Assembly (NCBI GenBank): GCA_902786815.1
Contig: CADADV010000006.1
Span: forward strand, 50,344-114,343
Reading direction: 5' to 3'
DNA length: 64,000 nt
DNA from: an uncultured Eubacteriales bacterium
GTDB taxonomy: Bacteria > Bacillota > Clostridia > Peptostreptococcales > Anaerovoracaceae
Part shown: positions 9,028 to 18,312 of the stretch, piece by piece
How the letters are laid out: every line of letters begins with the position of its first letter
Numbering within the stretch: position 1 is the stretch's first letter
Notes under the pieces: model-generated
Told to the model about the DNA's origin: nothing
Seen by the model: the letters and a program-made list of their open reading frames with translations, nothing else
Database searches by the model: none
Made by a program: the position numbers and the translations under genes

Positions 9028-10971
9028 TTATTTCTCTTCCTGTGAAGCTTTGTACTCAGCGATGATCTTCTGAGAAATGTTTGCAGGAACAGGATCATGT
9101 CTTGAGAATTCCATCTCGAAGGAACCTCTGGCCTGTGTCATGGTTCTGAGTGCGATCGCGTAGTCAAGCAGTTCTGCCTGCGGAGCTTCCGCCATCAGTC
9201 TCTGGATTCCTCCTCCGATCGGTTCCATGCCCAGGACAGCGCCGCGTCTGTTCGGAAGGTCGCCCATAACAGCGCCTACGTAGTCGTCCGGAACCTTGAT
9301 TTCCAGCTTCATGATCGGCTCGAGCAGGCAAGGATTCGCTTCTGCGATACCCTTCTTGAATGCCAGTGAAGCAGCGATCTTGAATGCCATTTCGTTGGAG
9401 TCTACTTCGTGATAGGAACCATCGTAAAGGATCGCCTTGACGTTCTGGACTTTACATCCTGCGAGAGGACCCTTCTCCATGCATTCTCTGAGTCCCTTTT
9501 CAACTGCAGGTACGTAGTTCTTCGGAACGGAACCGCCGAACAGTTCTTCACCGAATTCAAACTCTTCTTCTGACGGTGAGAATTTGATCCATACATCACC
9601 GTACTGTCCTGCACCGCCGGTCTGCTTCTTGTGCTTACCCTGAACATCGGATGTGCCCTTGATCGTTTCTCTGTAAGCGATCTTCTGCGGTACTGTGTTG
9701 ACATCAACACCGAACTTGTCTTTGAGCTTATCCTTCATGATGTTCAGCTGGATGTCGCCCTGACCTCCGATGAGTGTCTGGTGTGTTTCAATATTGTTCT
9801 CGAGAACGAAGGACGGATCTTCTTCCATGAGTCTCTTCAGACCTGTACCCATCTTCTCATCGTCGCCGCTCTTTGCAGGTTCAACAGCCTGATACAGAGT
9901 TGGTGAAGGGAAGTGAATTTTAGGGAATTTGATGATGTTTGCCTTCTCACAGAGTGTATCGCCTGTCTTTGTGTTCTGGAGCTTACCGATCGCAACGATA
10001 TCTCCGGCAACGATTTCAGGAGCATCTTCCTGATTCTTTCCTCTGACGAAGAACAGTGATCCAAGCTTTTCATCCTTCTCGGAGTTTGCGTTGTAGATCG
10101 TCTGTCCGGACTTGATCGTTCCGCTGATGACCTTAGCCAGTGAGATCTTTCCGAGGAATGAATCTGCCAGCGTCTTGAAGATGAGAACTGCCGGCTTGCC
10201 TGCAGGATCTACTGCAACTTCGATATCCTCATCCTTGCCGTCCACTGCCGGATACGGCTCGTGGTCAGCTGGCTTTGGAACGAAGTCGATGAACTGCTGC
10301 AGTACTTCTTCGATTCCTTCGCCCTTGAGTGAGGAGCACTTGAATACCGGAACGATATCTCCGGTTCCGATGCCCTTCGACAGGCCCTTTGCAAACTGCT
10401 CGTCTGTCAGTTCCATATTCTCGAAATAGTACTCCATGAGTTCCTCATCGGTACCTGCGATTTCTTCTTCCAGCGCTTCTCTGTCATCCAGTGTAACGAC
10501 GGATGAACCGAACTTCGCCTTCAGCTGTCCAACCAGCTCGTCCAGATCAACGTTGTCTTTGTCTGTCTTGTTGATCAGGAAAAACTTCGGTACTGAGAAT
10601 TCCTTGCAGGAATCCCATGCTTTTTCAGTTCCAACCTGGATTCCGGATGCCGCATCAACAACGATCGCTGCAGCCTCGACTGCTCTAAGTGCTGAGTTGA
10701 CTTCGCCTACAAAGTCAAAGGATCCCGGTGTATCAACAAAGTTGATCTTGACTTTGTTGTACTCAACAGGTACAACTGTGCAGTTGATAGAATAACCCTT
10801 CTCGATTTCCATCTTGTCATAGTCGGAAACCGTCTGGCCATCCTCAACTTTACCAAGTCTTGAAATCACGCCTGTCGCAAGCAGTGCCGCCTCGAGGAAA
10901 GTAGTTTTTCCGCAGCCGCCGTGTCCTACCAGCGCGACGTTTCTAATGTTTTCGCTTTTATAGCCCTTCAT
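9028..10971 (-). CDS. Elongation factor G family GTPase (short EF-G paralog, 647 aa)
   Basis: G1 is GHGGCGKT, G3 is DTPG and G4 is NKTD. EF-G domain II to V-like sequence follows (GDIVAIGKL..., ETIKG..., GQYGDVWI). Confidence 0.88.
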   Translation of the reverse strand: MKGYKSENIRNVALVGHGGCGKTTFLEAALLATGVISRLGKVEDGQTVSDYDKMEIEKGYSINCTVVPVEYNKVKINFVDTPGSFDFVGEVNSALRAVEAAAIVVDAASGIQVGTEKAWDSCKEFSVPKFFLINKTDKDNVDLDELVGQLKAKFGSSVVTLDDREALEEEIAGTDEELMEYYFENMELTDEQFAKGLSKGIGTGDIVPVFKCSSLKGEGIEEVLQQFIDFVPKPADHEPYPAVDGKDEDIEVAVDPAGKPAVLIFKTLADSFLGKISLAKVISGTIKSGQTIYNANSEKDEKLGSLFFVRGKNQEDAPEIVAGDIVAIGKLQNTKTGDTLCEKANIIKFPKIHFPSPTLYQAVEPAKSGDDEKMGTGLKRLMEEDPSFVLENNIETHQTLIGGQGDIQLNIMKDKLKDKFGVDVNTVPQKIAYRETIKGTSDVQGKHKKQTGGAGQYGDVWIKFSPSEEEFEFGEELFGGSVPKNYVPAVEKGLRECMEKGPLAGCKVQNVKAILYDGSYHEVDSNEMAFKIAASLAFKKGIAEANPCLLEPIMKLEIKVPDDYVGAVMGDLPNRRGAVLGMEPIGGGIQRLMAEAPQAELLDYAIALRTMTQARGSFEMEFSRHDPVPANISQKIIAEYKASQEEK

Positions 10972-11030
10972 CTAATGAGACCTCCCTAAAAATTATTTAC
11001 TGTTTCTTGTATGCCCGCGCATACGCAAAT

Positions 11031-11059
11031 AGTATAACATTTCGGAAAATCTATAGCAA
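11031..11059 (-). promoter_or_regulatory. Promoter candidate for the EF-G paralog
   Basis: TTGCTA, a 17-nt spacer, then TATACT. The palindrome GTATGCGCGGGCATAC lies just downstream. Confidence 0.5.
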
Positions 11060-11158
11060 TCAGTTTTTTACGCTTCGCGCATGGTTTTATAGTGCATTTT
11101 CCGCACTTTTGGTTGTACACATTTTAGCATAGGTAATTTTTGGAATCAAGACCATTTT

Positions 11159-12121
11159 TTAACAAATTGCTTTGTTTTGGTTTTCAATAGCCGCGATCAT
11201 CGCTGCTACTTCCAAAAACAGGTCCTTCAGTTTCTCCTCGCTCTTGGTCCAGTGGAAGGACATGATCCGTTCATACTTGTCCGGCATATAGTCCCTGACT
11301 GCTGTCATGATGCTGTATATTTCATACATCCAGTCTATGAGAATACTGCTGCGGCCTTCCCCGACTTTGTTTTCGATTCCGGAAAGCGCCTGCCCGGTTC
11401 CCGCTTCCTGCATGATAAACATGTCTGCAATCAGTTCGTTCCGGCCGGAAGCTCCCGCATATCCTCCCGCTGGCCGGCCCGTTTTTTCACAGAACTCCTG
11501 CAGTGATTCGTTATATATGATTCCCTGTTTCCCGTTCCGGAACAGTTTCATGCTGGAAACCGCCTTCATCAGCAGCGTCGGGGAGCCATCTTCTCCTTTT
11601 GCCGCTGCTTCCTGCAGAAACGACATTATTTTCCTGACAACCGGAAGACCTTCCGCTGCAAAGTCATACTCTCCATACCACCAGTTTCCTTCATTGCACC
11701 ATTTCTCAATTGCACGGAGCGCTCCTGCGAGGGCGTTTTCTGCAGTCCTCTTGCGTATGCCGGTTCCGTTTCCTCTTGTTTTGATGCATCTGCCGAACTT
11801 GTTGTCGATCACTTCTCCCCAGTTGTGTGGAAGTCCGCGGAGCAGCACGAACAGCGCATTATCCAGATCATAGATGTCGTTGATTTTGCATATTTCATCT
11901 GCAGCTCTCCATCTGACATAAGCCTGCTCCGTATAAACGCCGTTCTGCAGCCGCATCAGTCCGACCACATCCAGGTCTTCTGCCTCGACGTCGACTTCGA
12001 TCTCTGCCTTGACAACCAAAAGCTTCATAAGCCTGTAGCCGCCTTCCCTGAAAAACGCCGCGTACTCCTCCTTCAGCGATTCCATGTTCTGCTGCTCATT
12101 GCTCATCATTTCGTTATTCAT
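11159..12121 (-). CDS. Hypothetical cytoplasmic protein (320 aa); no family recognised
   Basis: A long ORF with its own promoter and RBS (AGGAGAGAG, then 4 nt, then ATG). It has no TM segments or signal peptide. I could not place the sequence. Confidence 0.6.
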   Translation of the reverse strand: MNNEMMSNEQQNMESLKEEYAAFFREGGYRLMKLLVVKAEIEVDVEAEDLDVVGLMRLQNGVYTEQAYVRWRAADEICKINDIYDLDNALFVLLRGLPHNWGEVIDNKFGRCIKTRGNGTGIRKRTAENALAGALRAIEKWCNEGNWWYGEYDFAAEGLPVVRKIMSFLQEAAAKGEDGSPTLLMKAVSSMKLFRNGKQGIIYNESLQEFCEKTGRPAGGYAGASGRNELIADMFIMQEAGTGQALSGIENKVGEGRSSILIDWMYEIYSIMTAVRDYMPDKYERIMSFHWTKSEEKLKDLFLEVAAMIAAIENQNKAIC

Positions 12122-12194
12122 TTTCTCTCTCCTATCTGCCCCTTTTTCTTTCCCTTACATGTGCATTTCCGCACATGTTATACTTTATTTACCA

Positions 12195-12224
12195 ATAATA
12201 CCATTTATTTACTATTCTGGTCAA
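12195..12224 (-). promoter_or_regulatory. Promoter candidate for the orphan gene
   Basis: TTGACC, an 18-nt spacer, then TATTAT. It is followed by the perfect palindrome ACATGTGC-GGAAAT-GCACATGT (12158..12179). Confidence 0.5.
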
Positions 12225-12237
12225 GATAAAGAAACCA

Positions 12238-12285
12238 TAAAGAAAACCCTTAGGGGCCAGTCTGTCTATTTGCTGTCCCTAAGGG
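12238..12285 (-). terminator. Terminator overlapping the rnmV stop codon
   Basis: CCCTTAGGG pairs with CCCTAAGGG (9-bp perfect stem, 21-nt loop containing the stop codon), followed by TTTTCTTT. Confidence 0.55.
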
Positions 12286-12835
12286 CTGTTTCCACTTCTT
12301 CCCGGCTTATGCCGAAGTGATTGAGTCTGCGTAGAAAGGTTTTGCTGCTTGCCATGCCGATCCCGAGCCTGCTTCCGACTTCCTGCCTTCGCCGCGCGGC
12401 TCCGGGCATCCCGTCGAGTCCCCAGCGGAAGAGATCGTCGCGGGTGAACACATCAGCGGATCCTGTTTCCTGTACTGTCCGGTCTGCCGACATTGGCCGG
12501 TGTGCTTTTGCGAGGGCTTCCCGGATACTCTCCGGTGAGGCGTTCTCGATGCCGATGTCTCCGTCCTTTTCGGCCAGACTTCTGTCGAGAAAGGCGTGCT
12601 CTGCGTTCGGATAGCGCTCCGCGAGGCGGCGCCGGATCTGCTCGCCAGCCGTATCAGGATCCGTGAAGATGATGATGCCCGCCGTTTCATAGGCCTTATC
12701 TATCACATCCCAGGTAGACGGCCGGATACCGTATCCGTGAGTCTCGATCGTGACAGCGTCCACGCTTCGGAGGATGGCAGCTGTATCGTCACGACCTTCC
12801 ACTACAATGATTTGTTCAATTCGTTTCTTTTCCAT
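12266..12835 (-). CDS. rnmV: Ribonuclease M5 (Toprim domain)
   Basis: IIVVEGRDDTAAILRSVDAVTIETHGYGI ... IIIFTDPDTAGEQIRR is the typical RNase M5 Toprim signature. The length is 189 aa. Confidence 0.88.
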   Translation of the reverse strand: MEKKRIEQIIVVEGRDDTAAILRSVDAVTIETHGYGIRPSTWDVIDKAYETAGIIIFTDPDTAGEQIRRRLAERYPNAEHAFLDRSLAEKDGDIGIENASPESIREALAKAHRPMSADRTVQETGSADVFTRDDLFRWGLDGMPGAARRRQEVGSRLGIGMASSKTFLRRLNHFGISREEVETALRDSK

Positions 12836-12897
12836 TTCAGGTCACAAAAAAGATGCCAAAAGGGGCGCTTCACCCTTCCGGCACCTTCTTCCTTTTG

Positions 12898-14061
12898 TTA
12901 TTTTCGTTCCACTTTCTGCGGGCTGTCGATTTCTTTGCTGTAGTTCTCTGATGAGATCATATCCGTATCGCTCGGGTCGCTGCACGCTGCGCCTGCTGCG
13001 CTGAGCGGATGCACGCCCTCAGAGGAGTACTTTGTAAATTCAAATTTGTTATCGTAGATTTCGCATACCGTTCCGGTCAGCGTATTGTCGGCCGCATCGG
13101 ACTTGCAGTATCCTGTGTAGCCCGCGTTCAGGTATGTGAAGTTCAGGGTCTCTTTCGTAAAGGAGTCTGTCGTTGTTTTGTTGCTGTCATATTCCGGAAT
13201 GAGGATCGTATCACCCGGCTTCTTGAAGTAGCAGCTGCCGCCCATATAGTTGTCCCATCCGTTCGAATGGTTGTGCCCTGTCACGTAGATGATGTTCAGA
13301 TCCTTCGCCGCTTCGTTGACAACGTCAAAGACGATCGAGGAATAGAGGTTGTCTCCTGTTCCGTTTTCGCTGGAAGTACGCGCCGTGAAGTGGAGCGGTA
13401 CATGCTGCGCCACTATGATCGGACGTTTTTCTCCCGCTTCGATCATTTTATTGAAACGGATCTTCATGACTTCTGCCGTATGCTTGACCTTATAAAGGCA
13501 TCCGGACGTCTTGCCCTGCATCCACGGAAAATCGATTTCTGTATTGTTGACATAGACAATGTAATCGTCGAATTCATGGATCCCCGGCGCGTTGATGGAA
13601 ATGGTCAGCGGGTCATGGTTGCCCTGTGTGAAGATCATATCGTCGTTCTCCAGATCCGGATATGCATCTTTCAGAATGGTCTCTATCTCAGAGATAGCAG
13701 GCTCCGGCGTGATCTGGAAGTTGTCTTTGCCGCTCACGTTGGAATAGTCGCCGCAGAACACGGTCCCGTCCAGCTCCGGCTTGTCTTCCTTGACTGCGTT
13801 CAGGATCCCCTTCAGATTATCGGCAGGACTCCCCTGCTCTCCCTCCTGATAATCGGAGGCGAAGAACAATGTCGCCTGCAGTTCAGACGGTTCTTCCGGC
13901 TCTTCAGGTTCTTCTGCCTCTTCCGGCTCTGTGATCACGATCGGCTGTGTCGTGGCCGGTTCTTTGTCTTTGTTTCCCGCGGCGCCTACCATAACAACGC
14001 CCAGCCCGACGACTACGATCGCCATGGCTATCGTTATTATTGCGAGTATTTTGTTTTTCAT
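12898..14061 (-). CDS. Membrane-anchored calcineurin-like metallophosphoesterase
   Basis: An N-terminal TM segment (ILAIITIAMAIVVVGLGVVMVG), an acidic PEEPEE linker, and the motifs GDYS, GNHD and GHNH. Confidence 0.8.
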   Translation of the reverse strand: MKNKILAIITIAMAIVVVGLGVVMVGAAGNKDKEPATTQPIVITEPEEAEEPEEPEEPSELQATLFFASDYQEGEQGSPADNLKGILNAVKEDKPELDGTVFCGDYSNVSGKDNFQITPEPAISEIETILKDAYPDLENDDMIFTQGNHDPLTISINAPGIHEFDDYIVYVNNTEIDFPWMQGKTSGCLYKVKHTAEVMKIRFNKMIEAGEKRPIIVAQHVPLHFTARTSSENGTGDNLYSSIVFDVVNEAAKDLNIIYVTGHNHSNGWDNYMGGSCYFKKPGDTILIPEYDSNKTTTDSFTKETLNFTYLNAGYTGYCKSDAADNTLTGTVCEIYDNKFEFTKYSSEGVHPLSAAGAACSDPSDTDMISSENYSKEIDSPQKVERK

Positions 14062-14223
14062 ATGCGCCTCACCCCGATTCTGCCGTTACTCACTATCGTT
14101 TTCACTGTAGTTTTTACTGTAGTATTGATGTAGTTTTATACATGTATATTTTCTCATACACAACGCAAAATCATCAACAACAATACTCTTAAAATATGTT
14201 AACCAAAACAGGGTTCTAAAAAC

Positions 14224-14502
14224 ATGTTGGGTGGCTCACGTAATGCGGGCCATCGGCGGATGTCCGGCGAGCGGATGGCCACAGTTATTCCTGCTTTTGC
14301 GCCTGATTTCTGCGGGATTTCACTCACGGAAGTCTCGCGGCAAGTGAACGGTCGCAGTTTTTTCGGTTCAACGACAAATTACTGCGGGTCTGCCCCGATG
14401 AGGCCGGTCCGCACCCTTTATTCCCGCAGAATATGACAGGATTTTGCTGCTTTTCTGCGGCGGTTCGCTCGCTGAAGAGTCAAGAAGCAGCCACCCCAAC
14501 AT
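14224..14502. ncRNA. Candidate structured RNA or unknown structured element (279 nt, GC-rich, closed by a long-range helix); strand unresolved
   Basis: ATGTTGGGTGGCT (14224..14236) pairs with AGCCACCCCAACAT (14489..14502) as 13 bp with one bulge. An internal 10-bp helix pairs TTCTGCGGGA (14308..14317) with TCCCGCAGAA (14421..14430). A hairpin pairs GGCCATC with GATGGCC (14249..14280). GCGAGCG (14268..14274) and CGCTCGC (14466..14472) are complementary. No convincing ORF is present. The element is flanked by AT-rich DNA and a terminator. Confidence 0.35.
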
Positions 14503-14515
14503 TCTTTACAGAATC

Positions 14516-14549
14516 CAAAAAAGGGACGACGCCTTTCAGACGAAGTCCC
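14516..14549 (-). terminator. Terminator after the DUF819 gene
   Basis: Hairpin GGGAC...GTCCC (plus 2 further bp) followed by TTTTTT on the minus strand. Confidence 0.6.
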
Positions 14550-14579
14550 TTCGTTCAATTCGTATTGTGCGCATTGCCG

Positions 14580-15788
14580 TTACAGTCCGATCATGGTTCC
14601 GGCGAAGATGCCGTAGTAGTTGCCGAGGACGTAGCCCAGGGTCCCTACCAGGATGGCAGGCACGATGAGGCCGTTCCAGCCTTTGGCGATGGCCATGGCT
14701 GCGGCAGTGGTCGGTCCGCCGATGTTGGCGTTGGACGCGATGATGATCTCCTCCAGACCGAAACGGAAAAGCTTTCCGAACACGAAGGAGAACAGCATGT
14801 TCACGAACACGATGATCGCGCAGAACAATAGCAGCAGCGGCGCCTTTGTCACGATCATGTAGATCGACGCCGGCACGCCGATGACTGCGAAGAAGATGTG
14901 GATCAGATATGTGCCGATTTCCTGCGCGCCCGGCATGTCGCCGATCTGCTTCGGGAACAGGGTCGCCACCAGCATGGTCAGCGTGGTGATGATCAGATAC
15001 TTGTTCCCCAGCAGTCCGTTCAGAAGGGACAGCCCGAAGTTCGATGTGGGAATAACTCCCGCAAATACTTCGGCGATCTTAACGGACACTGCCACAATCA
15101 CAAGTGACAAAGCAACACATAATGCGATGTCTTTGAGTGAGATCTGCTTCGGCGTCCAGAATGTCGCTGCGCCTTTCACTTCGCCGTCCGCGCTCTGCAT
15201 CTCGATCTCGTCGATGATCGGGTGACGGTACGCTTTCAGGAAGAACTTCGATCCGGCTGCCGCGATCAGAGCGAAGAAATAGAGCGCCATCAGCAGGTTA
15301 TCTGCAACTACGGAGGAGGAAACCAGTTCCCCGCCCACGCTGTACGCGTCGGACATGGCGACCAGATTCACGCTGCCGCCTGTGTAGGTTCCGATCATCA
15401 TCGGGGTCACGAGACCCAGATCCGCGAAAGAACCCTTCAGCAGATTGTACGCTGCAATACCGCCGGCAACGGTCCCCAGCCCGCTGATCAGATAGATGAT
15501 GAGCAGACGTCCGCTCTCTCGGCCGATCCGCTTGATGTCTGCGTTGAACAGAAGCATCGGGATCGCCAGCGGGATGATATAATCCCACACGAAATCATAG
15601 GCCGGCGCGTCGAGCGGGATGATCCCCACGTTCGACAGGATCATGGCGCCGATCAGCGCCATTACGCAGCCTGTGATCTTCGATCCGATTTTTGTCTTTT
15701 GCTCCAGATAAACAGCCAGCGTTGCGATCGCCGCGAGGATCGCAAACAACGCCCATGTGTTTTCTGCGCTGATCAAAGTGTGTTCCAT
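14580..15788 (-). CDS. DUF819-family polytopic membrane protein
   Basis: 402 aa with about 11 TM segments. The N-terminus WALFAILAAIATLAVYLEQKTKIGSKITG ... IIPLAIPMLLFNADIKRI matches my recollection of DUF819. Confidence 0.8.
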   Translation of the reverse strand: MEHTLISAENTWALFAILAAIATLAVYLEQKTKIGSKITGCVMALIGAMILSNVGIIPLDAPAYDFVWDYIIPLAIPMLLFNADIKRIGRESGRLLIIYLISGLGTVAGGIAAYNLLKGSFADLGLVTPMMIGTYTGGSVNLVAMSDAYSVGGELVSSSVVADNLLMALYFFALIAAAGSKFFLKAYRHPIIDEIEMQSADGEVKGAATFWTPKQISLKDIALCVALSLVIVAVSVKIAEVFAGVIPTSNFGLSLLNGLLGNKYLIITTLTMLVATLFPKQIGDMPGAQEIGTYLIHIFFAVIGVPASIYMIVTKAPLLLLFCAIIVFVNMLFSFVFGKLFRFGLEEIIIASNANIGGPTTAAAMAIAKGWNGLIVPAILVGTLGYVLGNYYGIFAGTMIGL

Positions 15789-15812
15789 AATAATCTCCAG
15801 TCAGCTTTCTTC

Positions 15813-16796
15813 TTAGCCGATCTTTCCTTCGTCAATCATTTTCGCCAGTTCTTTCGCGAAATACGTGATGTACATGCCGGCTCCGGCACGGTACGCGCCG
15901 ACCGCCATCTCTCCGATGATTCTTTCTTCGTCGATCCAGCCGTTCATGGCAGCTGCCTTGACCATGGAGTACTCGCCGCTGACGCTGTATGTTGCAACCG
16001 GAATGTTAGTCGCGCTGACGACTCTCTCCAGCAGATCATAGAAAGCCATCGCCGGTTTGACGATCAGGAAGTCCGTTCCTTCCTCTACGTCGAGGAGCGC
16101 TTCCTTCATCGCTTCCCTTCCGTTGTGGTAATCCATCTGGTAGCTTTTGCGGTCGCCGAAGTGCGGTGCGGAATCCGCCGCGTCACGGAACGGCCCATAA
16201 AATGCGGATGCGAATTTCACTGCGTAGGACATGATCGGAATGTTCTTGAACCCGTCCTCGTCAAGTTTCTGACGGATCGCTGTAACGTGACCGTCCATCA
16301 TATCGGAAGGCGCCACGATGTCCGCGCCGGCTTCTGCCTGGGAGCTTGCGATTTCCGCCAGTTTCATCAGGGTCTTGTCATTGTCGACATATTCTCCGTC
16401 AAGGATCCCGCAGTGTCCGTGGGATGTGTACTCGCACATGCAGACGTCTGCGATGAACAGCATATCCGGGAAGTTCTTTTTGCCTTCCCTAAGCGCCCGC
16501 TGCACGATACCGTCATGGGCATAGGCCTGGCTGCCGCATTCGTCCTTGTGATCCGGAATGCCGAACAGCAGAACGTTGTTCACGCCCAGTTTCGCCGCTT
16601 CTTCCAGTGCATACGGAAACTGATCCACACTGTAACGGTACTGCCCCGGCATGGACGGAATCTCTTCCTTGATTCCGGTTCCGTCGATGGTAAAAATCGG
16701 GTAGATGAGAGACGCCTTGTCGACTCGTGTCTCCCGCACCATCTTTCTCATTGCTTCTGTTGTACGTAATCTCCTTGGTCTGTTGATCAGTTCCAT
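15813..16796 (-). CDS. hemB: Porphobilinogen synthase (ALA dehydratase), Zn type
   Basis: RPRRLR, the Cys-rich Zn site DVCMCEYTSHGHCG, and the active-site region VKPA. Confidence 0.97.
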   Translation of the reverse strand: MELINRPRRLRTTEAMRKMVRETRVDKASLIYPIFTIDGTGIKEEIPSMPGQYRYSVDQFPYALEEAAKLGVNNVLLFGIPDHKDECGSQAYAHDGIVQRALREGKKNFPDMLFIADVCMCEYTSHGHCGILDGEYVDNDKTLMKLAEIASSQAEAGADIVAPSDMMDGHVTAIRQKLDEDGFKNIPIMSYAVKFASAFYGPFRDAADSAPHFGDRKSYQMDYHNGREAMKEALLDVEEGTDFLIVKPAMAFYDLLERVVSATNIPVATYSVSGEYSMVKAAAMNGWIDEERIIGEMAVGAYRAGAGMYITYFAKELAKMIDEGKIG

Positions 16797-16800
16797 AATT

Positions 16801-18312
16801 CTATCTTCCTTTCATTGAACATTTCATTGATATCACCAGCTGAGTCAGGCTGTCCATAGTCGCCTCCTCAGAAATATATACTTCCATACCATGTGCACGT
16901 GCCTCGCGAGCTGTCTGTTTGCCGATGCAGGCAGCCCGTACAAGGCTAAAATCCAGCCCCGGGTTCCTGCTCACAAAGCCTCGCACTGTCGACGCGCTTG
17001 TGAACACGGCGCAGTCGATCTTGCCGCTTTCAAAGAGCGCCGCTTCATCGACGAGATCCTGCGATGCGTCAATCGTATCGTAGGTCTCAATGTCTGTGAC
17101 AGATGCTCCGGCGTGCTCCAGCTCTGCCACCAGCTGCCGGTTTCCAACAGCTGCACGCGGAATCAGAATGCGGTCATCGCTTCCGACCTGCTCCGCCAGT
17201 TCTTTTCCCAACGTCTCACCGTCATATACCGACGGCATAAAATCTACGAGGAGATTCTGCGCAGCGAGTTCCTTCGCGGTCCCTGTTCCGATGGCTGCGA
17301 TCCTGACGCCCGCCAGACACCGCACGTCACAGTTGCCCTTTCGCAGCACGTCGAAGAACACCCGCACGCCTGTCGGCGAAGTGAACACGAGCCAATCGTA
17401 TTCTCCAATCGAATCGAGCGCTTCCGTAAGTTCGCTCTGGTCCGCTCTTGCCACCGTCTCGATCGAAGGCAGTTCCAAAACTTCTGCGCCCATTTTCCGC
17501 AGGCGCGCCGCCATGCCGGAGATCATCCCCCGCGGACGGGTGACGATCACTCTGCTACCCGCAAGCGGCAGTTTCTCGTACCATGCAAAAGCATCCGCAA
17601 GGCTGCAGACTTTGCCGACGATGATGATAGCCGGTGTCTCAACGCCCTGCTTAGCCACCTCATCTGCCAGCGTGCCCACCGTGGCGACAATACGTTTCTG
17701 CCCCGCTGTCGTTCCCTGCTGCAGGACGGCAGCCGGTATATCCGGATCCATGCCTGCCTCCAGCAGTCCGCCGCAGATGAAGGACAGCCGCGCGATCCCC
17801 ATCAGGAACACCAGCGTCCCCTCCGTGCGGACCAGCGCCTCGAAATCGATATCCTCGTCGGAGCCCTTCCTTCTGTGCCCCGTGATGATATGCAGTGACG
17901 ATGTAAAATCCCTGTGTGTGACCGGGATCCCGTTATAGGCCGGCACCGCGATAGGCGATGTGATGCCCGGCACGATCTCATAAGGCACATCATGCTCTGC
18001 CAGAAGTTCCAGTTCTTCGCCGCCCCGTCCGAAGAGGAACGGGTCGCCTCCTTTCAGACGGACTACCTTCTTCCCCTTCTGCGCCTCCTCAAGCAAAAGC
18101 ACATCGATCTGTTCCTGGGGCATAGTGTGGTTCCCTGACCGCTTGCCGACGCTGATATACTCTGCTTCCTTCGGAAACAGCGAGAAGATCGAATCGCCGA
18201 TAAGGGCGTCATAAACAATCAGGTCCGCGTCTTTTATGATTTCCACTGCCTTGACAGTGAGAAGTCCCGGATCCCCGGGGCCGGCACCTACAAGCCATAC
18301 TTTTCCTGTCAT
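16801..18312 (-). CDS. cobA-hemD: Fused uroporphyrinogen-III C-methyltransferase / uroporphyrinogen-III synthase
   Basis: The N-terminal VWLVGAGPGDPGLLT is SAM-methyltransferase-like, and the C-terminal half is HemD-like. The preferred start is MTGKV at 18312, which forms a TAATG junction with the hemC stop. The track ORF extends to 18402. Confidence 0.92.
   Translation of the reverse strand: MTGKVWLVGAGPGDPGLLTVKAVEIIKDADLIVYDALIGDSIFSLFPKEAEYISVGKRSGNHTMPQEQIDVLLLEEAQKGKKVVRLKGGDPFLFGRGGEELELLAEHDVPYEIVPGITSPIAVPAYNGIPVTHRDFTSSLHIITGHRRKGSDEDIDFEALVRTEGTLVFLMGIARLSFICGGLLEAGMDPDIPAAVLQQGTTAGQKRIVATVGTLADEVAKQGVETPAIIIVGKVCSLADAFAWYEKLPLAGSRVIVTRPRGMISGMAARLRKMGAEVLELPSIETVARADQSELTEALDSIGEYDWLVFTSPTGVRVFFDVLRKGNCDVRCLAGVRIAAIGTGTAKELAAQNLLVDFMPSVYDGETLGKELAEQVGSDDRILIPRAAVGNRQLVAELEHAGASVTDIETYDTIDASQDLVDEAALFESGKIDCAVFTSASTVRGFVSRNPGLDFSLVRAACIGKQTAREARAHGMEVYISEEATMDSLTQLVISMKCSMKGR

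Noticed and set aside
14228-14241. A T-box-like string, GGGTGGCTCACGT
   Set aside because: It lies at the 5' end of the element, not before a terminator. No specifier-loop or AGAGA features are present, and no aminoacyl-tRNA-related gene lies downstream on that strand.
14249-14263. On the minus strand, CCGCCGATGGCCCGC is identical to a 15-nt stretch I recall from E. coli RNase P RNA, which suggested RNase P RNA.
   Set aside because: The universal RNase P elements (GGAAAGTCCGGGC, the ACAGAA..CCCGGCTTA 3' region) are absent. The element is only about 280 nt. The match is probably coincidental.
15222-16769. 515-aa plus-strand ORF
   Set aside because: It is fully antisense to hemB and the DUF819 gene. 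The composition is Arg/His/Asp/Cys-rich and low-complexity, typical of shadow ORFs in GC-rich coding DNA. The opposite strand carries unmistakable HemB motifs.
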